Part shown: positions 1 through 10,350 of the stretch, piece after piece
Position numbering within the stretch: position 1 is the first letter of the stretch
How the letters are laid out: each line of letters starts with the position of its first letter
Assembly (NCBI GenBank): GCA_009692765.1
Contig: SHYQ01000001.1
Span: 29,096-93,095 of the forward strand
DNA length: 64,000 nucleotides
Reading direction: 5' to 3'
DNA from: Dehalococcoidia bacterium
GTDB lineage: Bacteria > Chloroflexota > Dehalococcoidia > UBA2979
Program-made: the position numbers and the translations under genes
Notes under the pieces: model-generated
Database searches by the model: none
Seen by the model: the letters and a program-made list of their open reading frames with translations, nothing else
What the model was told of the DNA's origin: nothing

Positions 1-90
1 TTCGTGTGCTGCACGGCATCATCGTCACGCTGACTCAGCGGCTGCGCGGGCAGCACTCGGCGTACTTCGAGATCACAGACCTGGGTGCCT
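1..90 (+). CDS. 3' end of an upstream gene (partial; C-terminus ...RVLHGIIVTLTQRLRGQHSAYFEITDLGA*)
   Basis: Open frame running in from the window edge to TAG at ~88-90. Protein-like residue composition. No homology assignable. Confidence 0.25.
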
Positions 91-195
91 AGCGGGGTCT
101 TCCCTCACACCAACCCCTCTACCGGAACCGGCAGAGGGGGCCGGAGATCCGAACCGCAGAACCCTCACCACGTCTGGGGAATGGCAGGGTGAGGG

Positions 196-1944
<1,749 letters not shown>

Positions 1945-2028
1945 CGCGACACCTCCGCAGCGATCCCGCCATGCAGCGAGGCGAGTATAGCGTCGGGGTG
2001 CGGGCGAGCCTTCGACCGGAGGCGGTCG

Positions 2029-2430
2029 CTACCGCCCCGCGCGAGGGGGCGCGCCCGTGGGCGGGCCGTCGCCGCGGGCCATGAAGCCCCACTCGTAGAG
2101 GAGCGCGAACCAGATCGCCTTTGCGGGGCGGTAGCACAGGACCGTGGCGACGAGGCTCAGCGCGGCGATCGTCCACGTCGACGGGAGGCCGAGGGCGCCG
2201 AGCGGCGACCACTGCCCCTCGATCAGAGCGAGCGCGAGCGCCACGAGCGCGCCGATGGCGTAGCCGATCGGGGGGCCGCCGAGCCATTCGCCGGAGGAGG
2301 ACTCGAAGCGCGTGCCGCAGACGGCGCAGCGTTCATGCAGGCCATAGAAGGAGTTGAACATCGAGGTCTGCCCGCACTCGGGGCAGCGCCGGAGGATGCC
2401 GGTGCGCCAGAACGTGTGGACGGCGCTCAT
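2029..2430 (-). CDS. DUF983-family zinc-ribbon membrane protein
   Basis: 133-aa ORF. CPECG...CAVCG zinc ribbon followed by two hydrophobic helices. Confidence 0.55.
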   Translation of the reverse strand: MSAVHTFWRTGILRRCPECGQTSMFNSFYGLHERCAVCGTRFESSSGEWLGGPPIGYAIGALVALALALIEGQWSPLGALGLPSTWTIAALSLVATVLCYRPAKAIWFALLYEWGFMARGDGPPTGAPPRAGR

Positions 2431-2449
2431 CGCGCCGGACCGCGCGGGG

Positions 2450-2632
2450 CTATCGACGTCCGGCGGTGGCGCGGTAGGGGTTGCCGATCTTCGCCTGACG
2501 CGCCGCGCATTCGGAGCAGAGCACGGACTTTTGGCGGAAGCGGACTCCCCCCTTGATCACGTACACGCCGCAGAGGGAGCATTTCCCCTCCACGCCGTTC
2601 TCGCCGATCTTGATGCCGGTCTGCTGTGCCAT
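2450..2632 (-). CDS. small zinc-ribbon protein (hypothetical)
   Basis: 60-aa ORF with CSLCG...CSEC motif, directly upstream of the DUF983 gene. Confidence 0.4.
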   Translation of the reverse strand: MAQQTGIKIGENGVEGKCSLCGVYVIKGGVRFRQKSVLCSECAARQAKIGNPYRATAGRR

Positions 2633-2744
2633 GGCGCGCCTCCGATGCCCGGTCCGATGCTGCTCCGCCTCAGTCTAGTCGCGGCGCGCACTGCTGCACA
2701 TACCGCGCTGCTGCCCGGACTGGCCCGCTGGATATACTGGGGGC

Positions 2745-4085
2745 ATGGCGAGCAGCATCGACGCGGGGGAGGTGCTGGCGCGCATCGAGTCGCACCGGCG
2801 ATCCGCCGCCCCCGACGCGTTCCTCGCGCTGACACTGCCCCCGGACTTCGACCCCCGCCGCCTGCTGGACGACCCGCAGGGCGCGGGCGTGGTCGCCTCC
2901 TACGAACGTCCCTCCCAGGGCATCGCCATGGTCGCCATCGGCGAGGCGGCGCGTATCGAGGCGCCGTGGGGCGCCGGCCCGGGCGCGGTGGGCGTGCAGG
3001 CGCGCGCGCTGGTCGACCGGCCGGGGGGAGGCGACCTGCCGGGGCTGCGTCCTCGGCTGCTGGGCGGTTTTCGCTTCAACGCCTCCGCCGCGCCGCATGC
3101 CCCGTGGGAGGCGTTCGGCGCGGGCTGGTTGGTGCTGCCGCGCGTGCTGTTCCTCGCCACGGGCGAATCGAACGCGCTGATCCTCGCGCCCAGCGCGGAG
3201 GCGCACGACGTCGCCGCGCTCGTCGAGCGCGCCCAGCGCGCACCCGATATCGCCTCCGCCACAGCACTCCGCGTCGAGCAGCCGATGGACCGCGGGCGGT
3301 GGCTGGCGAGCGTCGCGACGATCGCCGCCGAGGTGCGCGCGGGGCTGTACGAGAAGGCCGTGCTCGCCTCGACGCAGCAACTCGCCGGCGATGCCCCGAT
3401 CTCCGTCGGCCGCGCGCTGGCGCGGCTGCGCGAGGACTACCCAGACTGCCACCTGTTCACGATGACCAGCGGCGACGCCACGTTCCTCGGTGCAAGCCCC
3501 GAACTGCTGGTCTCGCTGACGCGAGGCCGCGTGCGCGCGCTCGGGCTCGCGGGGTCAGCGCGGCGCGGCGTCGACCCCGAGGAGGACGAGCGGCTGGGTG
3601 CGGCGCTGCTCGAGAGCGCGAAGAACCGCATCGAGCACGAGACCGTGGTCCGCGCGATCCGCGAGCGGCTGGGCGGGGCGACGGAGGAACTGCTGGCGCC
3701 GAACCAGCCGCAACTCCGCCGCCTGCATAACATCCAGCACCTCTCGACCGAGATCAGCGGCCGCGTGCGGACGGGCGTCGACGTCCTCGACCTGGTGGAG
3801 CGGCTGCACCCCACGCCCGCCGTCTGCGGCTGGCCAGCCGACCGCGCTGGCGAGGTAATCGCGCGCCACGAGGCGTTCGACCGCGGCTGGTACGCGGGGC
3901 CGGTGGGGTGGATGGACGGCGCGGGGGACGGCGAGTTCGCCGTCGGTCTCCGCTCAGCGGTGGTCCGCGGGTCACGCGCGTGGCTCTTCGCCGGCAACGG
4001 CATCATGGGCGACTCCGCCCCGCAGTCCGAGCTGGACGAAGTGCAGCTGAAGTTCCTGGCCGTCGGCGAGGCGTTGGGCGCGTAA
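2745..4085 (+). CDS. menF: isochorismate synthase (menaquinone-specific, MenF-like)
   Basis: 446-aa chorismate-binding enzyme. C-terminal ...GWYAGPVGW...EFAVGLRSAVV...LFAGNGIMGDSAPQSELDE motif is typical of isochorismate synthases. Confidence 0.8.
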   Translation: MASSIDAGEVLARIESHRRSAAPDAFLALTLPPDFDPRRLLDDPQGAGVVASYERPSQGIAMVAIGEAARIEAPWGAGPGAVGVQARALVDRPGGGDLPGLRPRLLGGFRFNASAAPHAPWEAFGAGWLVLPRVLFLATGESNALILAPSAEAHDVAALVERAQRAPDIASATALRVEQPMDRGRWLASVATIAAEVRAGLYEKAVLASTQQLAGDAPISVGRALARLREDYPDCHLFTMTSGDATFLGASPELLVSLTRGRVRALGLAGSARRGVDPEEDERLGAALLESAKNRIEHETVVRAIRERLGGATEELLAPNQPQLRRLHNIQHLSTEISGRVRTGVDVLDLVERLHPTPAVCGWPADRAGEVIARHEAFDRGWYAGPVGWMDGAGDGEFAVGLRSAVVRGSRAWLFAGNGIMGDSAPQSELDEVQLKFLAVGEALGA

Positions 4086-4122
4086 TCCGCCCGCCTGTCA
4101 CCAGTCTCCCTGCTCAATACAC

Positions 4123-7100
4123 CTAGCCCCAGCTCTTGCCCGCGGGCATCGCCAACACCTCGGCGGGGAAGAGTTGTGTGACCGATTCCGCGATGAGCGT
4201 GCGCTGCTCGCCAGCGCGTTCCTCAAGGCGGCCCTGTACGCGCATGAAGGGTGCGGTGCGGACGATGTCGCGGTACGCCTCGACGAGATCGCGGCTGACA
4301 AGGACGTTGACCATGCCGAACTCGTCCTCGAGCAGCAGGAAGATGATGCCTTTCGCGGTGAGCGGCTGCTGGCGGCAGACGACGAGGCCGGCGAGGTCGA
4401 CGCGCGTGCCCGCGGACAGTGTGCGCAGATGCCGGCTGGCCACCATGCCCTCGCCGAGGGCCGGGCGCAGGAACTGCATGGGGTGGCTGTCCGGCGACAG
4501 CCGCAGCACGGCGTAGTCCCCGGCCATGCGCTGGTACGCGCTGAAATCGGCCAGACGCACCTGGTCCTGCTCGGTGGGCAGCGCGAGGCGCAACTGGCGA
4601 TCGCGAGGACGGCGCAGCCCCGATTGCTCCCCGCGTCGGTAGACGCTTGCTCCGGAAGCAGGGCCGCCAGCGAACAGACCGAGCTGCCAGAGTAACTCGC
4701 GGCGGTTGAGGCCCAGGACGTCGAACGCTCCGATGCGGATGAGGTTCGTGGAGGCTTCGCGCGAGAGCCCGGTGCGCTGGACGAATTCGAACAGCGATCG
4801 GTACGGTCCCGCGCGGCGGCGCTCCTCCTCGATGCGGTTCGCGCCCGCCTCGCCGACGCCGCGCACGTAGCCGAGGCCGACACGCACGGCATCGAGGTGA
4901 TCGGGGCCGCGCCGATCGGTCTGCACAGCGTCGGGCGTGATCTCCTCGACGGTGCATCGCGCATCGCTAAGGTTGATATCGGGGCGGCGGACGTCCACGC
5001 CGTGGCGCTGCGCGTCATTCGTCAGCACGTGCGGCGGGTAGAAGCCCAGCGGCTGCTCGTTGAGCAGCGCGCACAGGTACTCCGGTGGGTAGTAGTGCCT
5101 CAGCCACGTCGACTGGTACGCGAGCAGGCCGAACGCCGCACCATGTGACTTGGGGAAGCCGAACTCCGCGAAGCCGAGGAGGTTCTCGAACATCTTCGTG
5201 GCGTCGGCCTCGGAGACGTCGTCGTGTGAGAGCGCCCCGGCCATGAACTGCTGGCGGTACCGCTCCATAATCTGCGACGAGCGTTTGCGGCTCATGGCCC
5301 GGCGGAACGTCTCCGCCTCGCCGGCATTGAAGCCGCCCATGCGCTTGGCGACCTCGATCACCTGGTCCTGGAACAGCACCACGCCCAGCGTCTCCTCCAG
5401 GGCCGGGCGCACGCACTCCGGCATCGGGATCGCGTAGTCCGGGTCGCGTCGCCGCGCCTCGCGACGGCGCACGTACGGGTTTACCGCGCCGCCGACGATC
5501 GGGCCGGGGCGCACAATCGAGACCTGCACGGTGAGGTCGTCGAGGTTGCGCGGCTGCGTGCGCGGCAGCATGGCGATCTGCGCGCGCGACTCGATCTGGA
5601 AGACGCCGATGGTGTCGCCTCGACAGATCTCGTCGTAGATCACCGGGTCGTTGAAGTCGGGGCTGCGCGACAGGTCGACGACCTTGTGGCGGTGACGCTC
5701 CACAAGGTCGACGCACTCCTCAACGACGGAGAGCATGCCGAGGCCGAGGAAGTCGATCTTCACCATCCGCGCGTCGTCGATGCTGTCCTTGTCCCAGTGC
5801 GCGAGGTAGCGGTTCGGCCAGCGCGCGGGCTGGCAGGGGACGCAGTCGATCAGCGGCTCCGAGGAGATCACCATCCCGCCGACGTGCTGCGACAGATGTC
5901 GAGGGAAGCCCGCGAGCTGGTGGGCCATTTCGGAGAGGTACTGCCACGCGCGGTCCTCGACGTTCTGAGGAGTGACGTACTCGCTCCCGGATCCGGCAGT
6001 AGCGGGATCGGCGATGCCGCGCTGGCGCGCCACCTCCTCGCCCACGTGCGTCGCGCGGTCGTACGGCCTCGCCCGCTTCGCAAGGCGATCGACCTCGGTC
6101 TCCGGCAGGCCGAGGACCTTGCCGATGTCACGCACGGCGCTGCGGATGCGGTAGGTCGGGAAGATCGCGACCAGCGCGGCATGTTCTTTGCCCCACTTCA
6201 CGTAGACGCGCTCGATCAGTCGCTCGCGGATATCGCGCGGGAAGTCGAGGTCGATGTCCGGCAGCGAGCGCATGCCGTCATTGAGGAAGCGATCGACGCC
6301 GAGCCGGTTGCGGATCGGGTCGATGTGCGACAGCCCGATCAGGTAGCAGATGATCGAGGCCACGGACGAGCCGCGCCCGCGCCCTGGCGGGAGTTCCGTG
6401 ACGCTGCGCGCGCGGCTCGGCCCGCGCACCTCCGCTGCCACGACCTCCGCGAGTGTCATCACCTCGTGGTAGACGAGGAAGAACCCGGCGAGGCGGTTCA
6501 GTTCCACGAGGGCCAGTTCCCGCTCCAGCCGCTCCAGCGCCGCGTCTCGCTCGCCGAACGAGTACTTGCGATCGAGACGCCCCATGCACAGCGATCGCAG
6601 TTCCTCGATCGGCGTGCGCCTGTCATGCGTGGGCGGTGAGGGCAGCGAGTAGCCCAGATCCTCGGTCAGGTCGAACGCGCAGCGGCGTGCGATGCGCACG
6701 GAGTTCGCCGCGGCCTCCGGGTGGTACTCGGCGAAACGCCGCGCCTGCTCCTGCGGCGAGCGCAGGGCGAACTCCCCGTTCGGCCTCCGCTCGCGGTGCG
6801 ATTCGTCCAGGGTCTTGCGGTGCTTGATCGCGACGAGCACGTCCTGCAGCCGATGCCGGTCCGGCTCGTGGTAATGCACGTCGCCCGTGCCGACGACCTC
6901 GACACCGGCGCGCGCGGCGAGGTCGACAAGCGTGCGATTGCGCGGACGGTCGCCGTAGACGAGGTTGTCCTGCAGTTCGACGAAGACATTGTTGCGGCCG
7001 AACCACGCGATCCAGCGGTGCAACGCGGTCTCTGCCTCCTCGACCCGATGCTCCTGTACCAGCCGCGGCACGAGGCCATCGCGGCAACCGGTGAGCGCGA

Positions 7101-7638
7101 TCAGGCCTGCGGTATGGGCCTCAAGGAATGCGGTGGGGACGACGGGATCGAGACGGCGCGTCTCGCGATCGTGCTGCGCCGCCTCGAACAGCCCGAACGC
7201 GCGGCTGGAGAGGCGACAGAGGTTGGAGTAGCCCCGGCGGTCCTCCGCGAGCAGCGTGATGTGCGATCGCGTGCCGTCGGGCTCCTCGAGGGTGAGCTCG
7301 AGGCCGGTGATCGGTCGGAATCCCTCCTCCTTCGCGGAGCGCGCGAACTCCATCGATCCGTACATGGCGTCGTGGTCGGTCAGCGCCAGCGCGCGGTGTC
7401 CCTGCTGCCTCGCGGCGATCAGCAACTCGTCGATGCTCGACGCGCCCTCCAGCAGCGAGTAGTTCGAGTGCAGGTGCAGCTCCACGTACGGCGCATCGTC
7501 GAGGACGGACAGCGGCACCGGCTGCGCCGGATCGCGTGCAGCCATCGAGCGCGGCGTGTCGCCCTCGATGGCCGCGTCGATGGCGCGTCGCCGTGCCGCG
7601 AACGCCTCCCACGAGTACTCGGGCGCGTGCGGGCTCAT
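4123..7638 (-). CDS. dnaE2: error-prone DNA polymerase III alpha-like (DnaE2)
   Basis: 1171-aa ORF with N-terminal PHP motif (HLHSNYSLLEGAS) and Pol III alpha core. Last gene of the imuB cassette. ATGA overlap with the upstream small ORF. Confidence 0.9.
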   Translation of the reverse strand: MSPHAPEYSWEAFAARRRAIDAAIEGDTPRSMAARDPAQPVPLSVLDDAPYVELHLHSNYSLLEGASSIDELLIAARQQGHRALALTDHDAMYGSMEFARSAKEEGFRPITGLELTLEEPDGTRSHITLLAEDRRGYSNLCRLSSRAFGLFEAAQHDRETRRLDPVVPTAFLEAHTAGLIALTGCRDGLVPRLVQEHRVEEAETALHRWIAWFGRNNVFVELQDNLVYGDRPRNRTLVDLAARAGVEVVGTGDVHYHEPDRHRLQDVLVAIKHRKTLDESHRERRPNGEFALRSPQEQARRFAEYHPEAAANSVRIARRCAFDLTEDLGYSLPSPPTHDRRTPIEELRSLCMGRLDRKYSFGERDAALERLERELALVELNRLAGFFLVYHEVMTLAEVVAAEVRGPSRARSVTELPPGRGRGSSVASIICYLIGLSHIDPIRNRLGVDRFLNDGMRSLPDIDLDFPRDIRERLIERVYVKWGKEHAALVAIFPTYRIRSAVRDIGKVLGLPETEVDRLAKRARPYDRATHVGEEVARQRGIADPATAGSGSEYVTPQNVEDRAWQYLSEMAHQLAGFPRHLSQHVGGMVISSEPLIDCVPCQPARWPNRYLAHWDKDSIDDARMVKIDFLGLGMLSVVEECVDLVERHRHKVVDLSRSPDFNDPVIYDEICRGDTIGVFQIESRAQIAMLPRTQPRNLDDLTVQVSIVRPGPIVGGAVNPYVRRREARRRDPDYAIPMPECVRPALEETLGVVLFQDQVIEVAKRMGGFNAGEAETFRRAMSRKRSSQIMERYRQQFMAGALSHDDVSEADATKMFENLLGFAEFGFPKSHGAAFGLLAYQSTWLRHYYPPEYLCALLNEQPLGFYPPHVLTNDAQRHGVDVRRPDINLSDARCTVEEITPDAVQTDRRGPDHLDAVRVGLGYVRGVGEAGANRIEEERRRAGPYRSLFEFVQRTGLSREASTNLIRIGAFDVLGLNRRELLWQLGLFAGGPASGASVYRRGEQSGLRRPRDRQLRLALPTEQDQVRLADFSAYQRMAGDYAVLRLSPDSHPMQFLRPALGEGMVASRHLRTLSAGTRVDLAGLVVCRQQPLTAKGIIFLLLEDEFGMVNVLVSRDLVEAYRDIVRTAPFMRVQGRLEERAGEQRTLIAESVTQLFPAEVLAMPAGKSWG

Positions 7639-7919
7639 CGCGGGGCTCCCTCAGGGGCATTCTGAGGGGCGGAGTACGGCTGCTCGAACCACGCGCCGGT
7701 GGCGTCGTCGCGGAACAGCGTGAGCGGACGGCCGCCTTCGAGGATCACGCGGTAGTAGGTGCGCGCCTGCGAGACCTCGCGCCACCACGCCTCTGCGATG
7801 CGCCAGATCTCCTCGATCTGCTCGACGCGCGCCTCGTCACGCGCACCACGCCGATCGCGGCGCGCGATCGCCACCGGACGCGCGTCCGCATCGACGCGTA
7901 CGAGGAGGCCGCGCGGCAT
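7635..7919 (-). CDS. 94-aa ORF translationally coupled between imuB and dnaE2 (possible detached ImuB C-terminal domain or novel mutasome subunit)
   Basis: ATG at 7919. Protein-like sequence (EEIWRIAEAWWREV...YYRVILEGGRPLTLFRDDATGAWF). 4-nt overlap with the dnaE2 start. imuB is only 405 aa versus ~500-530 aa typical. Confidence 0.45.
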   Translation of the reverse strand: MPRGLLVRVDADARPVAIARRDRRGARDEARVEQIEEIWRIAEAWWREVSQARTYYRVILEGGRPLTLFRDDATGAWFEQPYSAPQNAPEGAPR

Positions 7920-7978
7920 GCCGATCGCGCGCAACGACGTGGAGGCTGCCGTGCGACGTTGCTGTGGGTGGGGCGCGC

Positions 7979-9196
7979 TCACGGGTCGTACTCCAGCAGC
8001 GCGCGGCGGCGCTCCGGCAGCCGGTGCCACGGCTCCACCTCCACAACGCGCGCAAGCGGCGACTCGCCGAAGCGCACCTTCAGATGACGCACCATCTCGT
8101 CGAGCTGCTCTCGGCGGCGCGTCTGCTCCATGAACAGGCTGTGCTGCCGCCCGCTCTCCTCGGTCAGCCCCGCGAGCTCCAGCGTGACCAGCGAGAACGG
8201 GCCTGGGAACTCCGCGTACTCGACCAGCGTGCGCAGCACCGTCCACATCCGTCCGCGATCGCCCAGCGGATCGCGCAGCACCTGCTCGCGCTCCCAGAGC
8301 GCGCCGCGCTCCGTCTCCGCGCGCAGCCGGAGCAGCCGCACGAAGCGGCGCCGCGCGCGAGGCTGCCGCAAGGCGCGCCCCAGCATCTGCTCCAGCGCGT
8401 GCAGCACGGACTCGCGGCTGACCAGCGGCGGCTCCGCCTGCACGTGCTCCTCCACGCGCTCGCGCTCCCACGGTTGCGGTCGCACCGGCCGCGGGTCCTC
8501 GCCGCGCGCGGCGAGCCATGCGACGCCACCCTCGAGGCCGAACTGCGCCTCGATGGCCGCGCGCGGCAATGCGGCGAACGCGCCACAGCGCTCGATGCCG
8601 AGCAGGTGCAGCCGCTCGACCGCATCGACCTCGAGCGGGAGCCGCGACACCAGCTCCGTCGCGAGGAACGTCGCGGCCTCGGTGAGCGGCACGTGCACCA
8701 CGGCGTTCGGCTCCGCGCGGTGCGCGGCCATCAGCGCGGTGAAGCGTGCATCCGCGACGCCGAGCTGCGGGCACAGTTGCGGCGGCACCCCGCCGAACAC
8801 CGCGCGCTTGAGGTCGCCGAGGCGCGGGTACAGCCCTTCGGTGCCGCGCAGGTCCGCGAAGACGATGCCCTGTCCCGCCTCTTCCACGAGCGGGCTGACC
8901 GCACACATCGCCTCGACGAGGTCGCGCGCGAACCGCGCCACCAGCGCCGGCCGAGGCTCCACGACCGACAGCATCGGGCACAGCCCGACCGCATCCCGCA
9001 GCGTCATCCCCACGCGGACGCCATGTATGCGCGCCTCGGGCGTCACATCCAGGACGCGGGCGTGCGCCTCGTCGCTCAGCACGGCAGGCATCCCGGCCAG
9101 CCCCGGCCGCTCCACCAGTTCGCACTGGAATGCGAGCGACGGAATCGCGAGGCAGGCAACGGACGCGGCGCGCGGACGCGGGACGGCTCTCGACAT
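7979..9196 (-). CDS. imuB: ImuB (Y-family polymerase-like, catalytically inactive mutasome subunit)
   Basis: N-terminus ASVACLAIPSLAFQCELVERP, typical of ImuB/UmuC-fold proteins. Internal ATG at 9196 preceded by a GGGGGGAA SD. Positioned directly upstream of dnaE2. Confidence 0.8.
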   Translation of the reverse strand: MSRAVPRPRAASVACLAIPSLAFQCELVERPGLAGMPAVLSDEAHARVLDVTPEARIHGVRVGMTLRDAVGLCPMLSVVEPRPALVARFARDLVEAMCAVSPLVEEAGQGIVFADLRGTEGLYPRLGDLKRAVFGGVPPQLCPQLGVADARFTALMAAHRAEPNAVVHVPLTEAATFLATELVSRLPLEVDAVERLHLLGIERCGAFAALPRAAIEAQFGLEGGVAWLAARGEDPRPVRPQPWERERVEEHVQAEPPLVSRESVLHALEQMLGRALRQPRARRRFVRLLRLRAETERGALWEREQVLRDPLGDRGRMWTVLRTLVEYAEFPGPFSLVTLELAGLTEESGRQHSLFMEQTRRREQLDEMVRHLKVRFGESPLARVVEVEPWHRLPERRRALLEYDP

Positions 9197-9231
9197 GGTT
9201 CCCCCCGCCAGAAGGCAGGGGCAGTGTACAA

Positions 9232-9243
9232 GAACTGGTGTTC
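9232..9243. promoter_or_regulatory. Cheo-type LexA (SOS) box GAAC-N4-GTTC (aAGAACtggtGTTCTaa), ~36 nt upstream of the imuB start
   Basis: Seen directly as a palindrome with AGAAC/GTTCT arms and a 4-nt spacer. Matches the Gram-positive/actinobacterial LexA operator consensus (CGAAC-N4-GTTCG). It is the only such motif in this intergenic region. Confidence 0.5.
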
Positions 9244-9293
9244 TAATACGAGGGATAGGTTTGGCGGGGCGCTCGGCGGGTAACTGCGTGCGG

Positions 9294-10148
9294 TCAGTCC
9301 GCCGGAGCGAACCCCTCGTCGCCTTCGCGCAGCTGCCGGCTCGGACCAAGCACCCGCTGGATCGTCGCGCGGGCGGTCGCATACTGCCGGAGGCCCCACC
9401 CGTCCTCTCGCGCCATGCGCAGCGTCGCCGGTCGCGTGCCAGCGGCGAAGGTCCGGGATCGCGGCTGCATGTACTGCGATACGTACTCCGCAGCCTCTAG
9501 GCCGGCGATCGTGTGGGCGAAGGTTTCGACGTCATCCATCGGCAGCATTGGGCTCACCGCGACGCCGATGGGGACGCCGGCCTCACGAAGCGCACGCAAC
9601 GCCCGCAGTCGCACGCCGATCGCGGGCGCGCTCGCCTGCGGTACGAGGCGAGCGCGTTCTGAGTCCGTGGTCACCGAGACGTTGACGCGGATGTGATCGA
9701 ACTGCTGAAGCAGATCGATGTCACGCGTCACGATCGGGCTGCGGGTCTGGATAGTCAGCCGCGGCTGGACCCCGGCGGCAAGGATCGCCAGCAGGACCGA
9801 GCGTGTCAGCCCCAGCCGGTGCTCGGCTGGTTGGTAGGGATCCGTCGCACTGGACATGTACACCGTATCACCGGATCGGAGCGTGCCATCCTGGCAGGCC
9901 TTCGTGATCAGCGTGGCGGCATTCTGCTTGGCCGAGGCCCAGTCCCCCCAGGTGTCCCGCTTCGCCGGTGTCGGCGCGAACGAGCGCGCGTAGCAGTACT
10001 CGCACGCGAATCGACATCCCGAGTACGGGTTGAGCGTGTACTGGTAACGGCGGATGAAGCCGGAAGCGAGCGTCAGGATGGAGCGCTCGTCCACGAGCGC
10101 AATCCCGGCGCGCTTCCCTCTCCCCAGACCGCCGTCGAGGTCGCTCAT
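9294..10148 (-). CDS. radical SAM protein, SplB-like (spore-photoproduct-lyase / DNA repair photolyase family, COG1533)
   Basis: Iron-sulfur motif ...NPYSGCRFACEYCYARS... The nearest canonical radical-SAM pattern is C-x3-C-x2-C (CEYCYARSFAPTP), which fits the SplB-like family. Sits immediately upstream of the SOS box and imuB. Confidence 0.75.
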   Translation of the reverse strand: MSDLDGGLGRGKRAGIALVDERSILTLASGFIRRYQYTLNPYSGCRFACEYCYARSFAPTPAKRDTWGDWASAKQNAATLITKACQDGTLRSGDTVYMSSATDPYQPAEHRLGLTRSVLLAILAAGVQPRLTIQTRSPIVTRDIDLLQQFDHIRVNVSVTTDSERARLVPQASAPAIGVRLRALRALREAGVPIGVAVSPMLPMDDVETFAHTIAGLEAAEYVSQYMQPRSRTFAAGTRPATLRMAREDGWGLRQYATARATIQRVLGPSRQLREGDEGFAPAD

Positions 10149-10350
10149 GGCTGAAGGGTATGGGGTATCAGCAACCTGGCAAGCACCAGATGGCACTCAC
10201 GCAGCCGGCGCCAGCCACCCGTTCGCAACGCGCCCGTTCTTGTCTGGAGCCATTCCGACGCAGCCGGCTGCCTCGCAATCACAGCGTTGCCGGTTCGAGC
10301 GGCGTGGCAGGATCGCGACGCCACGACGGACGCGGGATAAGATGTAGCGA

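Noticed and set aside
100-195. tRNA-like look of the GC-rich segment downstream of the acyl-CoA synthetase stop (ggccggagatccgaaccgcag...)
   Set aside because: No canonical T-arm (GGTTCGAATCC-type) or acceptor/CCA geometry could be built on either strand. The imperfect inverted repeat CCTCTACCGG-aa-CCGGCAGAGG (~123-146) is more simply a terminator-like hairpin for the minus-strand gene.
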